DNA of 64,000 nucleotides from the human T2T-CHM13v2.0 reference genome, Homo sapiens. Positions within the stretch are counted from its first letter, which is position 1; each line of letters opens with the position of its first letter. The translations under genes and the position numbers were made by a program. The stretch is taken from assembly GCF_009914755.1 (NCBI RefSeq), contig NC_060928.1; one strand, written 5' to 3'. The notes beneath the pieces were generated by a model. The model ran no database searches. It was not told where the DNA came from and saw only the letters and a program-made list of their open reading frames with translations. Shown here in pieces: positions 14,231-27,428 of the stretch.

Positions 14231-16285
14231 ATATTCCTATACTTTTCTTGGCAAGAGAAAAGATACTAAACTGTGTTTTGCATGCATTGACAAATATTCT
14301 CTATGAAAACATAAATCACGTAAATTAAATGAAAAAATTGGCTAATATTAATTTTTGAGAATCATAGACCCTCCCTGCCATCAGAAGAATTAGATATTGC
14401 CTACCCTCTCCTACGGCATTTACTTGTGATTATTTCTGTATATGAATACCTGTTCTAACACACTTTTCTTAATTAATGCAAGAATATAAAACATTTAGAA
14501 AAAGGTTGGGGGAGTGTTATACCAATTCTCCAGGTCCAAGCAGATAAGAGGTGAAAATGAGCAATACAATTTTATATGTAATGTATAGCAGTTGATACAT
14601 TTTGAATTTGATAGAATTGTATCTAAGCTTCATCTGCTGTCAACATTTTGAGAATTAGAAATATATTCATCCAGAAGGAGTAGACCAGAAAGAAAAAATA
14701 AAGATTAAAAGAACTTGAAGTACTCTTCAGACTATATGTTTTACAGCTTCAAGAAGTATGTCTTTGCAATGTTTTTATCAGATATGGTATATGCCAACAA
14801 CATGTCTTTTCTTCAGGAATAATGAAGAATCAAAAAATCTAAAATGAAACATTTTCTGACTTTCCCACTCAAAATAAGAATCACCATCTCAAAACAATTT
14901 TTATATCTAACTCGTTAATTATTTATGAGATTATTAGTGAAAATCACTCAGGAAATTATGTATTCTCATAATAGATATTCAGCTTATCCCAGAGATAGAA
15001 AACACCTGGGATCATAAACAAATCCTAGGTTTCAACTTCCTTTGATGTTTCATAAGAAGCAAAGTATCTGGGGATCAGCAAGTTTGCGTTTGTAAAGATA
15101 GTTCTAGGCTTGCCTCATTCACGCTTATTAAAGAAGCAGGACATTACTCATGAGCTGGAAGTATAAATACTTCAGTAATAGAAATTTGGCCAATAAGAGA
15201 AGAATTGAAATTTTAAAATAATAGTGAAAACAATTCAGAGAAAATTTCGTTCAGCTTCATTTATAGAATGAATGATTAGAGAAAGTTTATCATGTGAAGT
15301 TTTATAAGCTGATCTTCATTGTTATGAAAAATCCTCAGAGTACAGGATTTATTGATATCTCATTTAGGTTATGCTTCTTATATTGTTATCTCTATAGGCC
15401 CTTCTATGAAAAGGTAAAGCCCCTACTGACGATTATTGTTCACTAGTGATATTTTAAGGAAATAAAATTTGTAAACCATCCTGGAATTGGGACAATTATA
15501 CTTGGGTTGCATAATAAGACCTTTGTGAAATATAAAGACTCCTGTTCTATCAAGGAATTTTATTTAAAAATAAGTTACACACCTTGATTTTAAAGACAGT
15601 TTTAGGCAACTTACATTCATATTTGAATGTTCATATTTTGAAATATAAAAGCTGAAGTAAAATTTCAGATTGTAGATTTTATCATATTTTTTTAATTAAA
15701 GAATTTCACGGCTGTCTCTTCAATTTCCTGTATTACTTTAAAATGTCTTTGAGGATAGCCACTTCAAAATCCTCTGCCAAACTCATTCTGAAATATCATC
15801 TACTTAAATCACTTTAATATAAATAAGAACTTGCTCATACACTTTTACATAAAAGGATTACAGTTTACCACAGGTTTCCTTTCTCTCATAAATTTTCAGA
15901 GATTGGCAATTTGGTTCCTTAATGTCCTACATTTAGAGAGTTCTGATAATCCTGAAAGTTTACTGCCTGCCTTAGAAATATTATATCAAAATATTTATCT
16001 AATAATTTTATTAAATAAGAATTATACACTCAGTTATACTCACTTGCCAGTTTATACACTGGTTTAATTTATACGTTGTAGCCTGATCGTGTCTGTTTAA
16101 ATTATCTGGAGTATGTTTCAGTTAAAAGTATAATGCAGAATTGGAATTCATTTAATAAATTTAACACGATTTGAAAAGAAAATAATCCAAAAGAAAGTAT
16201 AAATCATAAAATAAACTATAGTGATCATTCAAAAGGTAGATTGGTTTAGGAGAGAGAAAGACAACCAGAGATCAGAGAGCATGGG

Positions 16286-16672
16286 TGCTTTTGTTAGTCT
16301 GTTTTGTGTTGCTATAAAGGAATACCTCGGACTGGGTAATTTAGTAAGAAAAGAGGTTTATTTGGCTCACGATTCTGCAGGCTGTACAAGCATAGCACCA
16401 GCATCTACTCGGCTTCTGGTGAGGCCTCAGGGAGATTTTACTCATGGTATAAGGTGAAGGGGGAGCAGGTACCTCATATGGCAATAAAGGGAGCTCCTAG
16501 ACTCTATTTAATAACCAGTTCTCATGTGAATTCATTACCACGGGGAGGCCTTCAAGCCATTTATGAGGGATCTGCCCCCATGACACAAATATATCCTGCG
16601 TGGCCCATCTCCAACACTGGAGGTCACATTTCAACATGAGATTTGGAGGGGACACACATGCAAACTATATCA
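16286..16672 (-). mobile_element. MaLR solo LTR, MSTB-like
   Basis: GTTGCTATAAAGGAATACCT..GACTGGGTAATTT...AAGAGGTTTATTTGGCTCAC...TTTCAACATGAGATTTGGAGGGGACA...AAACTATATCA. Confidence 0.9.
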
Positions 16673-16854
16673 TTGGATTTAGAATACAGTCTGATTACTT
16701 AACAAAAAGCTAGGTCCTTTTCCTGGATCTCACCTTGTAGACCTTCCCTGATCTATTAATAAATTCTGATTTATAACAACACTCAGCTATTTTTCTTTTC
16801 TTAAGCATAAAATTAATGACTCTTTAATGATGAAAAGATTTACTTATTTAAAAT

Positions 16855-17090
16855 AGTTATAGTTTATTGACACTTAACCACATGCCATTTTCTACATGGA
16901 TAGTGTTTACATGCATAGGCTATTTAATTTTTACAAGATCCTCCTTGTTATGTGTATCACCATTTTTCTGAAGAGGAAACTGAAGTTCAGTAGATAAAGT
17001 GAAATGTCCCATGTGAAATGTAGACTAGCTAGAGAATGGCAAAGATTAGATTTGGGTCTGTTTCTAATACCTGTTCTTAAGAACCTAGCT
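16855..17090 (-). mobile_element. MIR
   Basis: TTTATTGACACTTA...GAGGAAACTGAAGTTCAG core remnant. Confidence 0.6.
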
Positions 17091-17694
17091 GTATTTCTCT
17101 CCATAATTGTTTTTCATTTATATTTTCATGAGCTATTTAATCTTATATAATAGTTTTAACTCATAATTTTCATCAGTACATTAATGGCATGTGGTGAAAG
17201 AAAGTGTTTCAAGGGCCCAAGTCGTTTTTCTTAGTCCTTTACCTGTTTATTTTAAAGATGTTTTTGTCCTTTTTCTTAAAGCAGCTGAATCATTGCAAAC
17301 TTTTATTTTCCCAAACCTTTATGAAGTAACTAGTTTGTACCATGAAAATACTACTTGCACTTTAGAATGAGGCTCCTAAGTAAAATACTTTTTTAATTAC
17401 CTGTATTAGAGAAAATCCTTGTGCTTAATTATATTTTATGATTCTTGATAAAAGATCACTATTTCATTAATGTGAGGGAAATTTCAGACTTAGGATTTAA
17501 TATTAATATTGGAATTAAACAACTGAACGAACAGTGTTAGGTTCTGTTTGTTATACAATTTAGTAATATCCATTTCCATTTCGAATTTATGACCACAAAC
17601 TTTAGTGCTTGTAGTAATATATGTACTATTTATGAATGTTTCATTCTTAATATTGATGTGTAGAAGAAACTTTTTTTTAAATTTATACATACTC

Positions 17695-17720
17695 GTGTGT
17701 GTGTGTGTGTGTGTGTGTGT
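17695..17720 (+). repeat. (GT)13
   Basis: Counted directly. Confidence 0.97.
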
Positions 17721-19834
17721 TTCCATGGCAATATTCATTTTTAAGGTGAGACTTTTTCATGGACAAAATGTAGAAAAACAAAATTTATAGGAAAACATAA
17801 TAATGAAGCATATTAAAGGTAATATAGACAGAGTCAATAAAGTTCATTGTATCACATAAGTGAAGTAAAGTATCTGAGAAAAGCTTGCAATAATTCTTGC
17901 ACGGAATTTTAGGAGTCACTAAATAGGTACATTGAACAATGACAACTTTAGAGGAATCTTAGCTTGAATGAGTCAAATGGTACGACTTTTAAAGATGTCA
18001 ATGAGAAAGAAAATAAGAAGAGTTAGTTTTTAAACTGTTTACTCAGACCACCTTCTTTGAGTGTTTTGTACTTATTTTTCCGAGTCACTGAAGTTATATT
18101 TAATCTTTTCTAAGTCCTACCTTCTTACTTCTGTTCTGTTTTTTCTTGTTTGGGTTCACAGGCACACTTTTCCTGACAAAATTTGGAACAGATGAATCAA
18201 TACTTTTCTCTGTTCCTAGCACACCTCAGTTCCAGTATGACTTTTGTAGCCTTTGCATTTTCTTAGGAGGTTTGATGTTCTTCCTTAGTGGATATTTTCT
18301 CCCTAGGAGATGACCCAAATATTCAAGAGGTTAAACCTCACATTTACCAAAGCCACGTTTTTGTTCTTCCATCTTTCTTCTTCTTCTCACCCTACCTCCT
18401 TCCCTTCTGACTTGATTTGAGATTGAAATTGTGTCATCTAGAGCTGCCTTCATTCAGCAGGGTTACAGGGATGACTTGTATTAGAGAGAAGGCAATAAAA
18501 CAACTAACCACCTACTCAGAGTATTTCTGAGCAAAGAATCTTTACTTTGTATCCTGCTGACAAATTGTCTTTCTTCCGAGGCATACAATTTCACGCACAT
18601 TACACTCAAAAGGTGTTTGTCTTCTCTCACAGTCCAGCTTTTCTCTTCAATTCTTTGTTTCTTTTTTTTCAGAACAATAAAGCATATATTACTTATTCTA
18701 GCAATCTTCTCTCATGGTGAATTTTCTAAGAAAATTGCGGGGGGAAGTACACAATTTGGAAAGTGACTAGAAATGAATGTTTGATTAAAACAACCTTGTT
18801 ATAGCACTTAAGACTTTCTCACTAGTCACATTAGCCATTTGAATAGTTGTGTGCATGATTGTCCTTATGAACAGGCAAGAAAAATGAGCATTATTGGAAG
18901 ATTGGTATTTATAAATAATTATGTAACTGTTTCATCATTTTTACTAAAAGAAAAATGTATTACACGTTTAGCATTTAAAACAATCTAAATATTTAATTAT
19001 AAATGATTAAATACATTTTTGCAACTAATGTCCAAATGAGTGCATATTTAAATGTGTACACATTTGGTTACTATTATGTAAATAAATAATTACATATTTT
19101 TAACTCATCGTGCTGAAATTAACTGATATTTTTAATTTTAGAAAGATCACAAAAATGTCCAAGGTATATTTTAATTTCTTTCCAGTGCCTTTTTCTGCTT
19201 CATATATACAGTAGACATTCAATAAATATGTATTGAAGGACTGGAAGAAGAAAGAAAATTTAGTCAAATGGCTTCTCCAAAAGTACTGCATTCATTGCTA
19301 GAATGATAAACACAAAAACTCTTGTCTGCAAATAAGACCTTATTAATTCAAAAGAAAGATCTATTTTTAAAAATATACATTATATAAATTTCAGTTTCTC
19401 CAAATTACTTGGTGATTGCAATCCTCAAGAATGATACCAGCAACCTTTTTTCATATTATTATTATTATTATGTATGCCTTTGTATAATATAGCAAGTATT
19501 GTCCCTTGTTTAAATGTTCCTCTCTCTGTATCAGCTATATAAATTTTTTAGAATTATATTTATAACAAGAGCAACAAAATGTTTTTTTCTTCTCTCCCAT
19601 TCTTTCTCTCCCTTACCACAGTTTCTTTCCCTCCAAATAATTTATCTCTCCTTCACAGAATCTTTTATATAACAGATGATTCATAAAGGTCTGGGAAATG
19701 AACCAATGGTTAATTAATAATTAAACCCTGCTTATATGCCAAAAATATTGCATATTCATATATTTTGCTATCATCATTCTGTTTAGAAAATAGGAAGCAT
19801 ACATAGCTGGAGTTACTTTCTTTCTTTAAAAAAA

Positions 19835-19977
19835 TTTTTTTTTTTTTTTTTTTTGTAGACCTAGGGTCTCACTATGTTTCCCAGGCTGGTCTCAAAGCAA
19901 TCTTTCTGTCTTAAGCAATCTTCCCGCCTAGGCCTCCCAAAGTGCTGGGATTACAGGCATGAGCCACTGTGCCCAGC
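19835..19977 (-). mobile_element. FLAM / monomeric Alu
   Basis: Single Alu left arm with poly-T; approximate TSD AGTTACTTTCT / AGTATACTTTCT. Confidence 0.88.
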
Positions 19978-20109
19978 AAGTATACTTTCTCACAGGTTCT
20001 AGTCATAAACTCCCTCCTACCTTTGTTGAACTGCTTCACATGTGCATGGAAGTTATTCTCAACTAGATTATATTACTTGCTTGTGAGACCTCCTTCTTTT
20101 ATCTTCCTT

Positions 20110-20385
20110 TCATTCACCATCTATTGAGTACCTACTGCATACCAGGCACTATAATAAAATATTAGGGGTCAAAAACCAAGATAAAGATTCTGTCGTCCTT
20201 CAAGGAGTTCAGTCAAGTGGGGCTTAGAGTCCCTAAATTTACAATGTTAGATTAAGCATTTCACATTAGAAATATACAGAGAAGGCACACTGATCCAAAG
20301 TGGCTGATATTTGACTAGGGTGGTGGTGGTGGGGATAGAGGTCTTCATGGATGCTCTTCTAGAGAAGGTGACCCTTCAAGAGCTG
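20110..20385. mobile_element. L2 fragment (appears to resume after 21200)
   Basis: TATTGAGTACCTACTGCATACCAGGCAC and AGAGAAGGTGAC...GAGCTG L2-like motifs. Confidence 0.55.
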
Positions 20386-20388
20386 TAT

Positions 20389-21200
20389 TTTTTTTTTTTT
20401 TTGAGACAGGGTCTTGCTCTGTCACCCAGGCTGAAGTGCTGTGGCATATTCACTGCTCACTGCAGCCTGGACCTCCCTGGCTTAAGCAATCCTCCAACCT
20501 CAGCCTCCAGAGTAGCTAGGACTGTAGGCACATGCCACCACACCCAACTAATTTTTGTATTTTTTGTAGAAATGGCATTTTGCTTGTTGTTGTGGTCTTT
20601 CTGCTCTTTAGCTCAGCTAGGTTCAAGTTCTTGTCTCACAACCAGGAAGCATTAGCCACACGGACACTGGAGAGTGAGTAGAGTAAAATTTATTAAGCAA
20701 AAGGAAAGCTCTCAGCAATGAGGGGATACAGGGGTGGTTCCCGTACCTGAAGATGAGAAAGTGCCCCGTGTGTCTGGGTCTGGGGTCTCTTATGAACCCA
20801 CAATGGGGAGTGCATGCTGATTGGTTTGTGAGTGTACAAAAAAGGTTAAAGTGAAGACACCACTCAAAGGTGGGCATGACAGTGTAGAAAAACAATTAGA
20901 AAAGGGTAGCTATATGTAAAATAGGTGAAGGGTGGGGATCAATCAGAGGAAAGCGCACCAAACAGGAAGTTCTCAATCCAGTCCAAGGATTTAACTTGTA
21001 GCTTGGCTTTCAGGCTTTAAACTGTCTTTGGCTTGGAGGTGGGGTTTCACTGGGGACCCACCCCTATCTGCCTAGGCATTTGCCTGCCTCCTGCTGCTCT
21101 CACTTTGACCAGGCTGGTCTCGAACTCCTAGGCTCTAAGGATTCTCTCACCTTTGCCTCCCAAAGTGCTGGGACTACAGGAGTAAGCCACCGTGCCCTGC
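20389..21200 (-). mobile_element. AluJ split by an LTR (parts 20389-20587 and 21103-21200)
   Basis: Alu sequence stops at ...TTTTGCTTGT and resumes TTGACCAGGCTGGTCTCGAACTCC; flanking AGAGCTG repeat. Confidence 0.9.
20588..21102 (-). mobile_element. ERV1-class solo LTR (LTR15-like, tentative) inserted in the AluJ
   Basis: TG...CA ends; AATAAA on - at 20689-20694; GGTGGGGTTTCACTGGGGACCCACCCCTATCTGCCTAGGCATTTG; TSD not clean. Confidence 0.82.
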
Positions 21201-21848
21201 TAGAGCTGAGTCTTAAAATATGAATAGACTTTCCTGAGAGAAGAAGGGCAATCATTTTTAGCAGAGAGGACAAGCTAGGTAATAAATCGCATGGAGAATG
21301 TGAAACCAAAACCATTTGGTATTTGCATGAAATATAAAATGCAAGAGGTACAGAAAATAAACCCATAGATGGGCAAGGCAGAAATCTTGGACTTCCCTGT
21401 ATGCTATGATTTCTCTGGAATCTAGTACCAGTTACAACGTACAACATGGAGAAGGTAGTGAGCCATTTCTGAATGTCATTAATTGATATATTATTAAGAA
21501 ATGTTTGTTTGAAAATCTGTGAAAACCAACTTTGGCTAGTTTAAATTAAATAAAGCAGAGGTTTTTTTTGGCCAAATACAAAGTATTAGTTCCAGAAACA
21601 AAGGAGAAAAAAGGTGAAAGGCCAGGCCTCTGAAAAAGTAAGAGTCAGTGATCTAGAGATCAAGAACTCCTAGACAGTCTCATCAGGACTCTGTGTTCCT
21701 GCTAATCTAATTCCTGTAATGATCTAGGCTGGGACATCAAGACTTCATGAAATCCAGTAGTGGAGTATTGTTACCAAGGAAGAAGAATGGGCTGGCAAAG
21801 AGCTTATGTGTGACCAGGAAGGATCAGATCCCCGTAAAGACTTTAGAG

Positions 21849-22140
21849 CAAAGACTGCAGGGTAGTGGTCGTGGGCCAGATTCAGCCTACCGAGGGGTTC
21901 CCTAGGCCTCCGAAACACCTAAAAGTCAGATTTAACATAAAGTCTGGAGCAACACAGACCTTGCATTCCTTTGGGCAACAACAGGCTAGCTCTGATTTGG
22001 TTCTGCCCACTTTGAGTGGATTCTGTGCTTTTCTGTTTGTTGTATTTTTCAGTAATTCATTGTATTGTATTCTAAAGGTTCACCTGAATAATTTTAAATA
22101 TTTCCTGGCTTCTGAAAGGTATTTAAATTTGCAACTGTTG
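21849..22140. mobile_element. hAT-Charlie MITE, MER102-like
   Basis: CA...TG termini with 8-bp TSD CTTTAGAG/CTCTAGAG; GTGGGCCAGATTCAGCCT near the left end. Confidence 0.7.
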
Positions 22141-22190
22141 CTCTAGAGTTTCATTCTAGTAGATGTAAAAGCACTCTTAATTGTTAGCAC

Positions 22191-22517
<327 letters not shown>

Positions 22518-22549
22518 TAGTAATAAGTTCTTACAGCAGCAATAATTCT

Positions 22550-22960
22550 ATCAAACAAGTTTATCGCTGCCTACTATGGTCCTATAACTGTGCTAAATGC
22601 CAGTGAAGACGTTAGTCCCACGGGTAAGGCAAATAATGAACACATGAACCAATACATGTAAATATCAAAGTTAATGTTAAAAAAAAATCAAAACTTCATG
22701 GTAAAAGAGAAGACAATCAATATGATTCTATGATAAAGAACAATGAAGGGGCTGGCTTACAGAGGGTGTGATGAAATATCTGAAGAGGCTATGTGAGACC
22801 TGAAGAATGAGAACGAGATAGGCCAAGAGTCTGGGGAAGAACTTTCAAGGCAGAGAGGACAGCTCCAAGGATCTTGAGGTAGGGAAGAGGTTGGCCTGTT
22901 CTCGTAAGTGGTAGAAAGACAGTGTGGCCAAAGTCCAGTTAGATGAGGTAGATAGATTTA
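22550..22960. mobile_element. L2 fragment
   Basis: GAGACCTGAAGAATGAG...GGGGAAGAACTTTCAAGGCAGAG L2-like motifs. Confidence 0.55.
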
Positions 22961-23759
22961 GAGAGCTACTAACCAGCAATTAGCACTGTCACCACTACTG
23001 ATAATGAAAATCAGTTTTTTTCAAGTTTCTAGGATCTGTTGAGAATCAAAATATGTTTGCAGAAGAGAATTGAATAAACTGACCTTCTCTTTCTAATATA
23101 TATTTTAGAAAATATTACATTATACTACAGTAATATGAAGGTAAACTTACATCAAATAAACCAAATATCAGATGGTATAAACATCTAGGTAAGATTCATA
23201 TAGACTTAGATTAATAATATGTAAATGTACACTTAGATACTAATTAGTAAGGAATCGAGATGAATTGAGAGCATTAAAAAATTAGTTGGATTGACAGGAA
23301 AATATTTGGTTTAGGAAGTAAAACTTTATTATAGACATAAAAGATTGAAGGGGTTAGCTCAACCATGCTCATTTAGCTTTATTCAAAATAGGAAAATATA
23401 GAACTTATGCATTTAAATTTCATTCAAAGAAATTTGTATAAGTTATTGAAATTGAACCATATAAACATGTAGAGTTAAAATATCTTGTTTTAAAAATATA
23501 CCGCATACAAGAAGAATAGTATAAGACATACAAAGGTAGGGTTTTCATCCCAAAGTATTTGTTGCTGAAAAGATCTTATGTTTTGTGTGAGATCTATGAA
23601 GTAAATTTCCAGATAAAACTGTTCTAAATAAATGTAAAATTGATTAAAATGCTACAAATTAGCATTGTTGATTTTCTTCTACTCCAATCATGAATCTTGT
23701 GAAACTAAAAAAATTAAATAATTGGTTTAGAAAGCACTTCATCATTCAAATACTTATTT

Positions 23760-24255
23760 ATTAAAAAGATTTGTTTTAAATTGACACATAATTGTGCACA
23801 TTTATGGGGTACAGTGTGGCATTTTTATACACCTATACGTTGTGTAATGATCAAATCAGGGAATTAGCATATACAGCACTTCAGAAATTAATTTCTTTAT
23901 GGTAAGAACATTCAAAATACTCTCTTCCATCTATTCTGAAATATATAACATGTTATTGTCAACTATAGTCACCGTCCTGTGCAATAGAACAACAAAGCTT
24001 AAAGGATAAGTCCTTCCCATCTAATTGTAACTTTTTACTTGTTGACACATCTCTCCTCATTCCTCACTCCTCCCCATCTTCCAGCCTCTGGTAGTCACTG
24101 TTCTACTCTTACCTCTATGAAATCAACATTTTTTGATTCCACATATGAATGAGATCATGAGATATTCTTCTGTCTCTGGCTTATTTCACTTAACATAATG
24201 TCCTCCAGGTTCATCCATATTGTCACAAATGACAGAATTATATTCTTTTTTATGT
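23760..24255 (-). mobile_element. L1MA5-7-like 3' end
   Basis: AATTGTGCACATTTATGGGGTACAGTGTG...CTTATTTCACTTAACATAATGTCCTCCAGGTTCATCCAT. Confidence 0.88.
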
Positions 24256-24455
24256 TTAAATTTAACATGACACCTCATTAAAATTAGTAATTAGTAAAGG
24301 AATATATATGTTAATACTTTTGTTTATATTTTGGAAAAAATGTATCAAATGGTAGGAGATCATAATTCCTGTTAATACCATAAAATTTTTAATTGCCCAA
24401 TTTTTTTTTTCAAAACGCTTTAATAAAATCCAAAGTCAAATAAATACTTATTATA

Positions 24456-24725
24456 TGATAGGCTCAATAAAGTTCCCCCAAAGAAGTCTATATTCTAATT
24501 CTCAGAATGAATATGTCACCTTAACAGTCAAAAGAGATTTCTCAGTTGTGATTAAGTATATTGAGATGGGAGGTTATTCTGGATTATCTGAGTAGTTCCA
24601 ATCTAATTACAAATGTCCTTATAAGAGGAAGTCAAGAGAGTCAATGTTGGGAAGGGGATATATGACAATTGAAACAAAGGTTGGAGTGGTATACATAGAA
24701 GATGGAGGAAGGAGCCACTAGCCTC
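24456..24725 (+). mobile_element. MLT1D-like LTR, partial
   Basis: GAGATGGGAGGTTATTCTGGATTATCTGAG...GTCCTTATAAGAGGAAG; resembles 5262-5757. Confidence 0.7.
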
Positions 24726-25609
24726 TAATAGTTTTGCTTTCTAAATAAAGATTATTGTATATTTCTAATACATTATTTTTAAAATATAAACATATACCTT
24801 CTCTGTCATGGACTAGGGAAGGGTGGGATGTAAAATATACCATTATAGATAAAAGTCATTTTACATTCATTTATGAATATATTAAACCCAAGGCAAATCC
24901 AGGTCAAATTAGCATTTAGTAAATTTTATTTTTACTATATTACACTCATCTACAATTTATATAAGGCAGCAAAAATACTGAATGGGTAAATAAAGAGTTG
25001 TTTATGAATATACATGTTAGATTAATGGGATGAATAAATGTAGTGAGTTTTCCATTTATATTTTCTCACAACTTCAAATAGAAATTTTTTTACAATAATT
25101 GACTTGTAAAATTTGAATTAAATACATATTTATTGACTTACAGTTCTGCTTTGTATGTATTATTTTAATTTTACCAATATTTCATGAAAACTTAATTATA
25201 TTGAAAACATTCTATGAAGTCCAAATGCCCACACCCTCATGATACAAACATGACTGGTTCCTAACTTCCAGAAACATACGGTTTTCTCATCATTCTGTCA
25301 TCATCCGAGTAAGTATAACAAGATAGGATCAAAGACTGGGAAAGGAACTCCATACTATTTGGTTCTTCATACTATATATTATAAATATAAGCTTCCTTCT
25401 CTCTATGGCTAATTGCTTTTCTACCTTGGCTAAAACAGAAACAAATACAGGATAGAATAGTAAGTGATTTGGAGAAAAAATAAGTGGCTGTTTCTTAGTA
25501 TATCTCTATGGCAAAGACATAATCTAATTATAATTTACATCTTTTTTAGGTCTGACCACATTTTCCCTGTCTTTGCCTTACTGATTTCCCTCAAGCACTA
25601 GAGAATGTA

Positions 25610-25840
25610 ACTTAGAAGTTACGAGTAAGAGCTTTGGAATCAGAGTTGAATTTGTGTTCTAGTTTTGCCAGTTACTAGCTGTGTTCTAATCAAGTTACTT
25701 TACTGCTCTGAGTGAATGGCTTCACCTAGAAAATGGAGATGATAATCAATTTACAGAGTTTCTGTGAAAAATTAAAATGAAATATATTCAAACAGCTTTG
25801 TACCATGATGGCCACATTAGAAATGCTCAGTCTCTCATAG
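25610..25840 (+). mobile_element. MIR
   Basis: GCTTTGGAATCAGA...TTACTAGCTGTG...AAAATGGAGATGATAAT. Confidence 0.6.
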
Positions 25841-26213
25841 CCATTCGAATTAATACACCTATTGCATGCCACTCATTTGTAATGTCTTCTGATAATCAGT
25901 GCTATCAGGCACTGGAGCTTGGAATTATGTAATCCACCTAATTTATCCTAGGATTTGGGGAGCTCCAGCCATCTTAGAGTTATAGTATTCTCTACCTCCC
26001 TTGACTATTTGTATAATTTCACAGACAAAACCTTTGCCCTAATTCTTCATTTTTTATTTCAGATCACTGCTGGATTTTATGTCCCACTCTGAACCACACA
26101 GAGCTAATTACAAAGGCATCTGTCATACGATTTAGCTCTTAAACCAGTTCTCTTTTATGCAGTTGCTTTCTTTAACCCCAGGTGATAGCTAAAATACATC
26201 AGACAAATTTTCT

Positions 26214-26308
26214 TGTTTAGTTATTTATTTACTTTTATTTTTTGGAGATGGGATCTCACTCTGTGGCCCAGGCTGCAGTGCAGTGGCACGAATAATGGCT
26301 CACTGTAG
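26214..26308 (-). mobile_element. 5'-truncated Alu (3' end of right arm plus tail)
   Basis: 17-bp TSD CATCAGACAAATTTTCT (26197-26213) / CATCAGGCAAAATTTCT (26309-26325). Confidence 0.88.
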
Positions 26309-27230
26309 CATCAGGCAAAATTTCTGAATCTACGCTGAGCTCACTGGGTTATTTTGTCACTGAAATTTCCTGTTCTTCAGCCCTTTTGGAGTTGATATGC
26401 TGGTACTGACAATTTCACGAATCATATGTCTTTTATTTTCTTACTTTCCTTCAACTGGTGTTAGCTTTTGGTACTAGTTGATTTCCCTCCAGGCCCAGCT
26501 CTCCTCATATATAACAAGCCTCTCCCTCTTCTTAAGGAGTTACCCATGTCCATAAATGTCTCCAGGTGGTCTTTGGGCCATGTTCTTTTATTCCATTCAA
26601 CAAATATTGGCTGAACCTGATTATATGAGTCTTGACATACTGTCTCTAGATAGTAACAATGGATTTTAATTATAAAACAATCTAAACCATCTTTTAGTTC
26701 TTTTTATAGGTGAAGAACCTAAGACTTAGAATAAGTGAAATAGTCAATGATTATACAATTAGAACTCATTGGCTCTTAACAGCCATTTGACTTCTCTGTC
26801 CATCATGCTACTTTGTTTCTTTAAATTTCCAAAGTGATTTTTCTATACTCTAGAGATGGAAGGAGTTATTAAGGCTTACTTTCAAAAATATAAAAGATTA
26901 AAATATAATCTCTTTAATTGAAATTTGCATTCTATCCAGTTTCTCATTTTAATTCAGATTCTTCCAGAGAAATTTCAGTATTCAAAATGATCCTGATGTG
27001 ACTGATTGATTGTTTGGCCTTTGGTTGCTTTCAATATGATCTATAATAAGGCACTTGGTGGCATACTGACAAATCAAAAAACCAACTTTCTCAATATTAT
27101 AAAAGAATAGTCTTTCTTTACCTATGATTGGTTCTCAAACTTCATGGTGTTTCTTATAAACTCGTTTCAAAATTACCTGGAGAAAGCCAGTAAATGAACT
27201 TTTTATTAGGGAAGGTGGGTGTAAAATTTG

Positions 27231-27268
27231 CTTTTATGTTCACTACACACTTTTATGTTCACTACACA
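27231..27268 (+). repeat. Perfect 19-bp tandem duplication
   Basis: CTTTTATGTTCACTACACA x2. Confidence 0.95.
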
Positions 27269-27428
27269 TTAAATTGCTACACACTAACCATTTGCTTTTT
27301 GGAAGCCTTCAAATATGCATTCAAATTTATTTGGCAAATCTTTTCTGGGCGTAGTTTTTAAAGAAGTTTGAAATGTGTTCAATGCTCCGTAACAGAAACT
27401 TCATAGATACCAAAAGTTGTCTGAAGTT

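Noticed and set aside
14140-14328. ORF-track entry MVAGPDVF... as a standalone gene
   Set aside because: It starts at an internal GTG of a spliced exon and runs into the intron; the true exon is 14115-14224.
17734-17751. TTCATTTTTAAG|GTGAGA as a recursive splice site
   Set aside because: AAG acceptor with a short pyrimidine tract; such motifs are common by chance.
7801-21102. Related LTRs at 7801 and 20588 as the two ends of one provirus
   Set aside because: The first has its own TSD on both sides, the interiors differ, and no gag/pol sequence is seen between them.
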